A DNA stretch of 64,000 nt, from positions 9,266 to 73,265 of the forward strand of contig CAXGWI010000006.1 in NCBI GenBank assembly GCA_964013405.1, read 5' to 3'. Under the pieces are notes generated by a model. It made no database searches. It was given only the letters and a program-made list of their open reading frames with translations, and was not told the origin of the DNA. Position 1 is the first letter of the stretch. The number at the start of each line of letters is the position of its first letter. Positions 49,442 through 58,600 of this stretch are shown here, piece after piece. Origin of the DNA: an uncultured Myxococcales bacterium. Lineage in GTDB: Bacteria > Myxococcota > UBA4151. The translations under genes were made by a program, and so were the position numbers.

Positions 49442-50520
49442 TCTACGCCCTCTTCCGGCCGCTCATCTTCCTCCTCCCGGCCGAGCTTGCCCATCACCTC
49501 GGCTTGGCTTTGTTGCGCATCGGCCTCTGCATCAAGCCCTGTCGACGCTTGCTGCGGTGGTGGCTTCTCCCCAAGTCCAAGCGCTTAAAAACACCCCTCT
49601 TCGGTACGACTTGGGACCACCCCATCGGTCTCGCCGCCGGTTTGGATAAAGCAGGGGACTGCTGCGGCCCCTTGGCTGCCCTCGGCTTCGGTGCCATCGA
49701 GGTGGGAACCGTCACTGCGAAGGCCCAACCGGGCAACCCGAAACCTCGCCTCTTCCGCCTGCCGAAAGATCGGGCCATCGTGAACCGCTTCGGCTTTAAC
49801 AACCCCGGTTGCGAGGGCATGGCAGCGAACCTGAGGGGTCTGGACCTGCCCTGTCCGCTGGGCATCAACCTGGGCAAATCTAAGGTCACCCCCAACGATG
49901 AGGCCATAGAGGACTACCTCACCAGCCTGCGCTGCCTGGGGGCTCAGGCCGATTACGTGGTGGTCAACGTCAGCAGCCCCAACACACCGGGCCTGCGGGA
50001 CCTACAAGCCGTGGACCAACTACGCCCCCTGTTGAGCGCATTGCAGCCGGTCTGTGGCGACAAGCTTCCGCTGCTCCTCAAGATCGCCCCGGATCTGGCC
50101 GACGAAGACCTGTTGGCCGTGGCCGACCTCGCCCTGGAGCTGCAATTAGACGGACTCATCGCCAACAACACGACGATCGGTCGTGAGGGGCTCAAAACCC
50201 CGGCCCAGGCGGTCGCTGAAATGGGTGCCGGCGGCCTGAGCGGCAAGCCCTTATGTGAGCGCAGCCGCGAGGTACTCCAGATCTTAGCCCGTCGACTGCA
50301 AGGCAAAGTCCCTATCATCGCCGTGGGCGGAATCGAAAGCGCTGAAGAAGCCTATCGTCGCATTCGCCTGGGCGCGTCAGCGGTGCAGATCTACACTGGC
50401 TTCATCTACGGCGGGCCTTTGACCGCGGCCCGGATGGCGAAGCAGCTGGACCGATTGCTCGCCCGAGATGGCTTTGACTCTGTGGCGGCGGCGGTCGGTG
50501 TCGATATGGAGGACCCATGA
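49438..50520 (+). CDS. pyrD: Quinone-dependent dihydroorotate dehydrogenase (class 2)
   Basis: GLAAGLDK, GNPKPRLFRL, NRFGFNN, NVSSPNTPGLR, KIAPD, GGLSG. Confidence 0.98.
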   Translation: MIYALFRPLIFLLPAELAHHLGLALLRIGLCIKPCRRLLRWWLLPKSKRLKTPLFGTTWDHPIGLAAGLDKAGDCCGPLAALGFGAIEVGTVTAKAQPGNPKPRLFRLPKDRAIVNRFGFNNPGCEGMAANLRGLDLPCPLGINLGKSKVTPNDEAIEDYLTSLRCLGAQADYVVVNVSSPNTPGLRDLQAVDQLRPLLSALQPVCGDKLPLLLKIAPDLADEDLLAVADLALELQLDGLIANNTTIGREGLKTPAQAVAEMGAGGLSGKPLCERSREVLQILARRLQGKVPIIAVGGIESAEEAYRRIRLGASAVQIYTGFIYGGPLTAARMAKQLDRLLARDGFDSVAAAVGVDMEDP

Positions 50521-51113
50521 CCGAAATCCTCCAACTGGGCGACCCGCGCCTGCGGCAGCACAGCGAGGTGGTGCCTGCATCGGATTTTGGCAGCGCCGAA
50601 CTCCAAGCGCAGGTCGAGCATTTAATCGACACCATGCGCCAGGCGAACGGCGCAGGACTGGCAGCCCCACAGATCGGTCTCATGCGCCGGATTTGTGTTG
50701 TGGAGGTCACAAAAAACCCCCGCTACCCCTACAAACAACCCATTCCGCTCACGGTCTTTATCAATCCTAAGATCACCGTCCTCGATGAGACGCCAATCGA
50801 AGTCTTTGAGGGCTGTCTCAGCGTGGCGGGCTGGCGCGGCCGGGTCCAGCGGGCCTGTCGAGTCCAAGTCATCGCCCAAGATGTGGAAGGCACTCCCTTT
50901 CAAGTAGAGGCTGAAGGCCTGGCCGCAGGCACCCTCCAGCACGAGCTGGATCATCTCGATGGGCAGTTGTTTGTGGATTTGTTGGTGAACGCCAAAAGCC
51001 TGACAACCTGGGCCAATTACGAGCGCTATCACCGGTCAGACTGGGAACGGGAGGCCGAAAAGATCAACGAGCGCTTTCCCAACGGGCTCGAGCGACTTCC
51101 CATAAACGACTGA
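50517..51113 (+). CDS. def: Peptide deformylase
   Basis: GAGLAAPQIG, EGCLS, QHELDH. Confidence 0.97.
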   Translation: MTEILQLGDPRLRQHSEVVPASDFGSAELQAQVEHLIDTMRQANGAGLAAPQIGLMRRICVVEVTKNPRYPYKQPIPLTVFINPKITVLDETPIEVFEGCLSVAGWRGRVQRACRVQVIAQDVEGTPFQVEAEGLAAGTLQHELDHLDGQLFVDLLVNAKSLTTWANYERYHRSDWEREAEKINERFPNGLERLPIND

Positions 51114-51214
51114 CTGAAGACCATTTTCCCATTCAAATGGCCCCCTCATCCCGAGGGGGTTGGGCTGGGCATCTGATTTGCATCCCAAAGGGATGTGACC
51201 AAGGAAAGCTCACC

Positions 51215-51850
51215 ATGAAGTTCTTTATCGACAGTGCAGATCCCACGGAAATCGCCGAGGCCGAGGCCATGGGCCTCCTCGACGGTGTCACCACCAACCC
51301 GAGCCTCCTCAAGAAAGCAGGGCTAGGGCGAGAAGAGGCCTTGCAGCAAATCTGCGCCCTGCTGACCGGACCGGTCAGTGGCGAAGCGGTTGGCCCCGAT
51401 GTGGACACCTTTATTGCAGAGGGGCTTGCCCTACGGGCCATCGCCGACAACATGGTGGTGAAGCTGCCCTGCAACGAGGCCGGCCTCAAAGCCTGCCGCC
51501 ATCTTTCCGCCCAGGGCATTCCCGTGAACATGACGCTGGTCTTTCAGCCGGTTCAAGCGCTGCTCTGTGCCCGGGCCGGCGCCACTTTTGTCAGCCCCTT
51601 TTTAGGCCGTCTCGACGACATCTGCTCCTCGGGCATGGAGTTGATCAACGAGATCCGGGTGATCTTCGACAACTACGCGCTCTCCACCCAAATCCTCGCC
51701 GCCTCGATCCGCAGCCCGGAGCACGTCAAGCAGGCTGCGCTCTCGGGCGCTGATGTCTGCACCGTTCCTTTGCCGGTCATCAAAAAGCTCCTTCACCACC
51801 CGCTGACGGATCGAGGGATCAAAGCCTTTGAGGCGGATGCAGGACTGTAG
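51215..51850 (+). CDS. tal: Small transaldolase (FSA/TalC family)
   Basis: MKFFID start at 51215, GVTTNPSL, VVKLP, AASIR. Glu in VSGE and Phe in SPF are the transaldolase-type residues (FSA has Gln/Tyr). Confidence 0.9.
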   Translation: MKFFIDSADPTEIAEAEAMGLLDGVTTNPSLLKKAGLGREEALQQICALLTGPVSGEAVGPDVDTFIAEGLALRAIADNMVVKLPCNEAGLKACRHLSAQGIPVNMTLVFQPVQALLCARAGATFVSPFLGRLDDICSSGMELINEIRVIFDNYALSTQILAASIRSPEHVKQAALSGADVCTVPLPVIKKLLHHPLTDRGIKAFEADAGL

Positions 51851-54324
51851 TGACTTCGCCGGCGCCCAGCCGAATGGAACGGATACTCAGCATCGGCGGG
51901 TGGCTGACTCGCTTTAGTTTGATGCTTGGGGCCGCAGCCCTCATTCCTGCGGGCTGGTTCGCACTCTCTTTGTATCAAGAACATCGGGAAGGGTTGCCCC
52001 CCGTCCCCGATCTAGACAACTACCGGCCGCCATCGATCACCCGGGTCCTGGCGGCCGATGGCACCACCTTGGCCGAGTTTGCCGAGGAGCGACGGATCGT
52101 CGTTCCCTATCAGCGCATGCCCCAGCGGCTGGTGCAGGCCTTCGTGGCTGCGGAAGACAAGAACTTCTTCGACCACGACGGTGTCGACCTCAAAGGCATC
52201 GTGCGCGCAGCCCTCGTGAACCTCAAAGCGGGGCGCACCGTACAGGGGGCATCCACCATCACCCAGCAATTGGCCAAGCAGCTCTTGGTTCGGCACCAGG
52301 GTTACAGCAAAGGCCGAATGCGCAGTTTGGCGCGCAAAATCCGTGAGGCGATCCTCGCCCGGCGAATCGAATACGCCCTCGATAAAGAGGAGATCCTCTA
52401 CCTCTATCTCAACGAAATCTATCTGGGTCATGGTGCTTACGGTGTCCAGGCCGCCTCCCAGGCCTATTTTTCGAAGAATGTAGAGAGTCTCAGCCTGGGT
52501 GAGATGACGTTGCTCGCGGGCCTACCGCCGGCCCCCAGCCGGTTCTCGCCCCTAAAAAATCCAAAGTCGGCGCGAACCAAACAAGGCTATGTTTTGAAGC
52601 GCATGATCGAAGAGGGCTATATCAGCCTGGAGGATGCGAAAGCGGCCCGACAGGAAGGGGCCGAAAAGAAGGTCAAAGTTCGCGAAAACCTGTTTCGAGA
52701 CATCGCCCCTTATTTCACCGAGCAGGCTCGACAGGTCTTCGTCGACCAAATGGGTGAAGAGGAGTTGATGCGGGGAGGCTGGACCATTCAAACCACCCTG
52801 GACATCTCCCGGCAGATCAAAGCGAGGACAGCGCTCCAAGAGGGCATTGAGGCTTTGGATCGGCGCATGGGTTATTGGGGGCCAGCAGCCCGCTTCCAGC
52901 CCGAACAAGTGGAGGCAGTGGCCAAGACCTACGCAAAAAATGTCCTCAAGGGCGCACCGGCGAGCCGCGAGCGAGAGCATCTCGCCATCATCGCCCGTAC
53001 CGAGCGAAAAAGAGCCCTCGCCCGAGTCGGCGACGAGCTCCTGCCCATCCACCTCAGCGACCATCGTTGGATGCGCACCGGCCGCCGCCGAGCCTATAGC
53101 CTCCACGACCGTCCCACCGATCTTCGTCGCCGCTTTGAAGTGGGCGATCTGCTTCGGGTACGTTTCGACACGGACCGCAAGGGCAGGGAAAAGCTTCGTG
53201 TGGTACAGGACCCACTGCCCGAAGGGGCCTTGGTCAGCCAGGATTTGCGCACCGACTACGTGGTGGCCTTGGCCGGCGGTTACGACTTTGACCGTAGTCA
53301 GTTTAACTGCGCCTTTCAGGCTTGCCGACAGCCGGGGAGCGCTTTCAAGCCCATTATCTTTTCCGCAGGTCTGGCTCTGGGGGGGCGCATCCGCCGGGGG
53401 GCGCCCGTGGAGACGATCACCGTCACCACCCAGCTGAGCGATGCCCCCATCGTCCGCCACGATTTCTCCACCGGGGTGCGCTGGAAGCCGGCCAACTACG
53501 ACCGCAGCTATACCGACGAGGTCACCCTCCGGCGGGCTTTGATGATGAGCATGAATTTGCCCACCATCGACCTCTTTGAACGGGTGGGCTCAAAGAAGGT
53601 GGTGGAATGGGCCAACAGCATCGGCATCGAGCAGGAACTGCATGTGGATGCGAGCATCGCGCTGGGCAGCCACTGCGTCATTCCTTGGGAGTTGCTGCAG
53701 GTCTACGCCTTGTTCGGCAAAGCCGGTCAACGACCAGCTAAGCGCTTCATCACCCGCATAGAATCCAGTGAAGGCGATGTCTTTGAAGATCGGGCCGATT
53801 ACCGAGACGTCTGGGCGAGCCGCTTTGAACGCGTCGATCGCATGGCGCGCCAGGCCCTGGAGCCCCCAGAACAAGTCATCGCACCGGGCATCGCCTACAT
53901 TATGACCTATCTGATGCGGCAAGTCGTGGACGCCGGCACAGCCACTCGAGCCCGCATCTCTGGGGTCCCCGTGGCGGGCAAGACCGGCACGACCAACGAC
54001 AACAAGGACGCCTGGTTTGTGGGCTACAGTCCCCACCTCGTCACCGGCGTCTGGATCGGTGAGCGCTTCAACCTGCGACCCTTGGGGCGCTCAGAGACCG
54101 GGGGCAGAACGGCTGCTCCCATCTGGAAGGCCTATATGACCGCAGCCCTCGACGGCACCGATCCGGGGGACTTTGGGGTGCCCGATGACATCGAATTTGC
54201 CGAGGTGGACGCCCGCTCGGGCCGCTTGGGCGGCAAAACCCGATTGCCCTATATGAAGGGGACGAAGCCCACCCGCCGAGTTCGGGTCGACAATCAATCA
54301 GCGGGGGTCAGCGACGAGCTCTAG
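51850..54324 (+). CDS. mrcA: Class A penicillin-binding protein 1A
   Basis: Transglycosylase AEDKNFFDHDG, GASTITQQLAK, RKIRE; transpeptidase SAFK, SMN, KTG. Confidence 0.95.
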   Translation: MTSPAPSRMERILSIGGWLTRFSLMLGAAALIPAGWFALSLYQEHREGLPPVPDLDNYRPPSITRVLAADGTTLAEFAEERRIVVPYQRMPQRLVQAFVAAEDKNFFDHDGVDLKGIVRAALVNLKAGRTVQGASTITQQLAKQLLVRHQGYSKGRMRSLARKIREAILARRIEYALDKEEILYLYLNEIYLGHGAYGVQAASQAYFSKNVESLSLGEMTLLAGLPPAPSRFSPLKNPKSARTKQGYVLKRMIEEGYISLEDAKAARQEGAEKKVKVRENLFRDIAPYFTEQARQVFVDQMGEEELMRGGWTIQTTLDISRQIKARTALQEGIEALDRRMGYWGPAARFQPEQVEAVAKTYAKNVLKGAPASREREHLAIIARTERKRALARVGDELLPIHLSDHRWMRTGRRRAYSLHDRPTDLRRRFEVGDLLRVRFDTDRKGREKLRVVQDPLPEGALVSQDLRTDYVVALAGGYDFDRSQFNCAFQACRQPGSAFKPIIFSAGLALGGRIRRGAPVETITVTTQLSDAPIVRHDFSTGVRWKPANYDRSYTDEVTLRRALMMSMNLPTIDLFERVGSKKVVEWANSIGIEQELHVDASIALGSHCVIPWELLQVYALFGKAGQRPAKRFITRIESSEGDVFEDRADYRDVWASRFERVDRMARQALEPPEQVIAPGIAYIMTYLMRQVVDAGTATRARISGVPVAGKTGTTNDNKDAWFVGYSPHLVTGVWIGERFNLRPLGRSETGGRTAAPIWKAYMTAALDGTDPGDFGVPDDIEFAEVDARSGRLGGKTRLPYMKGTKPTRRVRVDNQSAGVSDEL

Positions 54325-54709
54325 GACCGCTCCGCAGACGAGATATCAGACGATCAGCGCGACGAGTCATTCGGGATAAAAGGAGGGCTCGAAAACGAGA
54401 GATACGAATCGCTCGCCCGTTGCGCTCAATGGCGGCGAGCTTGCCGATGGCTTGGCTGCGATCGAACCAGCCGTCATCCTCGTTGCGGTGATCACCTTGT
54501 AGCCGTAGCTGCCCCTCTTGGTGCTCCATCAGGCGATGCAGCAACAGATCGCCCGGGCTCCGCTCGATCAAGACCACATCCCCCCGCCGCAAGGGCCCAT
54601 CGATGGGAACGATTCGAACCAAGTCACCGGCTTTAATCCAAGGCCACATGCTGCGACCTTGGGCGAAGAATCGGATGGGTTTGCCTTCTTTTAGGAGCCG
54701 GGCAAGCAC
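54308..54709 (-). CDS. S24/S26-family (signal-peptidase-like, Ser-His) peptidase
   Basis: GRSMWPWI (Ser), GDVV, LLHRL (His), QGD...D; GTG 54709 behind GGAGG, overlapping the kinase 3' end; no N-terminal TM. Confidence 0.88.
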   Translation of the reverse strand: MLARLLKEGKPIRFFAQGRSMWPWIKAGDLVRIVPIDGPLRRGDVVLIERSPGDLLLHRLMEHQEGQLRLQGDHRNEDDGWFDRSQAIGKLAAIERNGRAIRISRFRALLLSRMTRRADRLISRLRSGPRARR

Positions 54710-55467
54710 GCAGCAGCCTCCAAGGTCTCGACCAGGGCGTCTCGAGGAGAGTCCCCTCGCAAATTCCAATGGACCCGGTAACAGGGGACGTTGTCCACCA
54801 CCCGCTTCACCCAACTCAAATCAGGAGCCAGGTCCTCTGCTTCCAGGCGAACGACTGCGGAAAGAAGCGCTGTTGCAGCATCGGCGGCGGTCACCGGCTC
54901 AATCCGAGGAGCGCGCTCAGACTGGACCGGCATTAAGAGCGCACTCAAAGGGCGACGCTCTAGGTGGTCGGCACGCAATTCCCCGGGAACCACGGTGCCC
55001 TGCAGCCAAAAATCATCCGTTTGGCCGCCAAATCGAATCAGCTCGTCGCCAAGTTGCTCAAGTCCCAAGCGACGAACTAAGGTCGACTTTCCAGCACCGG
55101 AAGCGCCAAGAATCAAAAAGCCACGGTCCGTGCTCAAACAGCAACCAGCCGCGTGGGCGATGCGCCAATCATTGCCCTTACTTGCCGCAGCCAAGGCGGC
55201 AATCACCCCCACAAAATGACTCCAGGGCACCGTCCAGCGGGTGTGAACCCGAGGGTTACGGTAAGTCGTGACTCGAAGAATCCGATCGTCAAAATTCCAG
55301 TCCAGTCGATCGAGAGCGAACTGGTTAGATTGCATTCGAGGGAGCGTCGTTGATCCCGACCGCAGCACGAGGGTCAGCGCCTCTGCTCCGTGGTCACATG
55401 CTTCGGGCTGATACCGGCCGCACCACCGGAATAAGTCGGACAGATCCTCTTCCGACTCGATCTCCAC
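54691..55467 (-). CDS. HPr-kinase-related P-loop kinase
   Basis: AHAAG, Walker A GASGAGKST, LGDEL acidic pair. The true start is uncertain: the frame is open upstream to the TAA at 55519-55521. Confidence 0.85.
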   Translation of the reverse strand: MEIESEEDLSDLFRWCGRYQPEACDHGAEALTLVLRSGSTTLPRMQSNQFALDRLDWNFDDRILRVTTYRNPRVHTRWTVPWSHFVGVIAALAAASKGNDWRIAHAAGCCLSTDRGFLILGASGAGKSTLVRRLGLEQLGDELIRFGGQTDDFWLQGTVVPGELRADHLERRPLSALLMPVQSERAPRIEPVTAADAATALLSAVVRLEAEDLAPDLSWVKRVVDNVPCYRVHWNLRGDSPRDALVETLEAAACLPGS

Positions 55468-55518
55468 AGAAAGGTCCGACTGAAGAAGGAGTCGATTCGA
55501 AATGGTGCCGATACCCTT

Positions 55519-55650
55519 TTACTTGGACTCGCTAAGAAGCACGTCCTGAGTAAGCTCTTGCTCGCTGATCACCTCAGGCCGAAAATAAGGAACCCGCTCT
55601 TTGGTGGGTAAGCGAGGCGCACGGCCCTCCTCTTTTTTCTCTTCTGCCAT
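55519..55650 (-). CDS. 43-aa RiPP-precursor-like peptide with a YxxP leader motif
   Basis: Below the ORF-track cutoff. GGGAG RBS, then ATG 55650: MAEEKKEEGRAPRLPTKERVPYFRPEVISEQELTQDVLLSESK*. Sits in the same operon as a PqqD/RRE gene. Confidence 0.8.
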   Translation of the reverse strand: MAEEKKEEGRAPRLPTKERVPYFRPEVISEQELTQDVLLSESK

Positions 55651-55662
55651 GTCTAGACTCCC

Positions 55663-58600
55663 TTAATGTCGAATATTCACGTAGCCGCCACCGGAACGAA
55701 CCGGGAAGGCGAGGTCAGGTTTTCCATCCAAGTTCGCATCGGGCAAACACACCCCATGGACGGCGCCACTGGTGTTTGCGTCGAGCCCAGTGCCCACACC
55801 GTAGGTCTTCGCCAGGGTTGTGATCGCACTGCCAAAGTATACATAGCCCTCGTTCGTCGCCCCAGTGAGGAGATCCATTTTACCATCACCGTCGATGTCA
55901 CAAAGACTCGATTCGTCGATTTCGTTAAAGCTGCTCGATCCGGCCGGCGCGGTGATCACATGATCTCGCGCTCCACCCAATGCAGGGCCACCCTCCCAGA
56001 TCGAGATGGCTCGAGTGCAACAACCATTACCGGCCAAGATATCCGCGGTGCCGTCACCGGCGACATCGCCCACAGCAAGATAAAATCCGGTTTTACCTTC
56101 GCCGCCGCCCGCACCGGCAAGCAGAATCACGCCCGCACTCTGATAGGTGTAGGCACCATCTGCGATCGGCCCGGGAACCACGACGAGCTCCCCGACGTTG
56201 CCATTGGCTTCTTCACCGCCAATAATGAGGTCGCCATTACCGTCGCCTGTCACATCTCGACCCGCGTTCAACGACGTACCAGTCGACGAGAAGGGTCGAC
56301 CTGTCACCGTCACCGCGGCATCCGCATCACTACGATTTTGGGTCAGGATATCACCATCCCAAACCCAGGTCTTACCGGTGGAGCTGTTGTGGCGCCAGGA
56401 GGAGGCTGCAAGGTCAACGGTTGCATCACCCACAAGAGAGCCACCGGCCGATAAAGAGTAACCAAAGCGGTCACCAGCGGTACCCGTGATCGTGATGCTT
56501 GGATTTGCCGCCAAGCCCGCTCCGGAGCCGTTGTAGATGAAGATCTTGCCATCACCATCTCTAGGTGCGGAGACGACGAGATCATCAAAGCCGTCACCGT
56601 TAAAGTCTGCGGCCGTGCAATCGCTGCCGAATCGGCCGCCACTTGCCGTTCCAAAGCGGGTGATTGGAGTGAGATTACTCAAATCGTCTGCACCCATGAA
56701 GATGATGGCGCCGCCCACCTGGGAGCCGGCGGGCGCAAAGCTGCGATCGGTCACCACCAAGTCACTGCGACCGTCGTTGTTGAAGTCACCACGACACGCA
56801 CGCTGGGCGAACTTATTCGTATTGCCCGTAATTCCGCTGGCTGCGTAGGCTGACAGGGTCAGACTAAAGTCGACGGAGAGCGTGCCGAGATCCGACGTAT
56901 TGCCTAGGTCATCCGTTGCCTGACCTGCGAAGAAGACCTGCTGGTCAAAGGGCAAACCTGTCACCGAGACCAAAAGATTTTGGCCGGCACCTGCCGGCGT
57001 CATCTCAGCGTTGATAACGGTCGCATTACCGAAATTGTTGGCATCGATAGCAGCCGAGCTATGGCGTAGACTGTAAGACGTCACCGTCCCCTGATCGAAG
57101 TCGTCGCCAGGCTCAGTCCAATTGATATCCACACTGCCTGCACGGTTGTTCACATTGGCACTGGCCAAGCTCATCGCATCTGGCTTCCCGACGTCGACAT
57201 TCGCCACCAGCTGCGTTGTCGCTGTGTTGCCGTTGGCATCAGTGGCCGTCACCGTCAGCGTGTGGTTCTGGTTCGTCAAACGAATATCAGTGATCACGTT
57301 ATCGGTATCGCCGGCCACTGCTTTCGTTTGCACATCGCCGTCCTGATCGCTGTTGACCACCAGGGTGCCACCGGCCGCACCACCAACGGCGACCGTAATA
57401 CTGGTGTCTAAGCGCAGATCGCCGGCATTGTTCTCGTGCACTTCATCGTCATCATAAACATAAGTGACCGGACTGTTGGCTGGATCCGTAATCTCCACCG
57501 TAGGAGCCACCGTATCTACGATGGCGTTAATAGCAACTTGCGTCGTGTTGTTCTGAGCGTCGGAAATCGAGGCACTCACGCTCACCGTTCCTTCGTCAAC
57601 GGTCACCCCAGCAAAACTGACCGAGGCCCCATCGCAGTTCTCCTCGATGGCTGCTGCCCCCCCTACCGTAAGGCTGACGGGACGACCGGCAGCATCGCAA
57701 CTGAGATTAAAGGTGTACTGCATGCCGGCCGCGCCGTCCTCGTCATCTCCCGCATTGAGGCGTGCCGGATTGGCCGCTGGTCGAGTAAATGCCAGACTTG
57801 GCGCAGTCAGATCCACGCTCACCGTCACTGCCGCGGAGGTCGTGATGTTGCCGCTGGCATCGCTCACCACGGCAGTGAGAGTTTGGTCGGCACCTTCTAG
57901 CAACGTACAGGTCAGACTGAGTTGTCCCCCATTGGTCAGCCCAGTACAACGTTCGCCACCCAAACTGCTACTAAGGGAAACCGTACGCCCATTGCCAACC
58001 TGGGTTGCAGTCACCGGAATGATCACTTGAAGGCCACCGGTATCGTCATCTGCATCGTCTTCGTCAGCACAGGTGCCATCACAGGGTGTTTGGTCGATCG
58101 AGATCACGGGAGCAATCGAGTCAACATTGACGGTCACTGACGTGGCCGTGGTCGTATTGCCGACTTGATCTGAAACCGTAGCGCCCAAGGTGACCTCACC
58201 CTCCGGCAGCGTCACCACGCCAGCCGCTGTCCCCGCGGCAAGAGCGATATTCTGGAGCGGTTGATCGTTGGCTGTGAAGTTCACCTCCTGGCCGGTCTCC
58301 GCACTACTACTTGCGCGGATCGTGTATTGCATCCCGTCCGAGACGTTATCTTCATCGACGGCGTTGTTATCCCCGCTGACCAGTAACAAGGCGCCGTTTC
58401 CAGGCCGGCTAATACTCAATGTGGGGGCCGTAATGTCGACGATCAGACCGAGTCCAGCGCCGGGATCATTGGGGTTCCCCGCAGCATCGGAAGCACTCAC
58501 AGTCAAGGTCTGGGTTGCTTCCTGCAATGTGATGGCGGCGCTGTGTGCCGCTTCATCCGCGACCTGGCCCTGGGCAAGCAGAGTCTGGGGTTGAGGAAAG

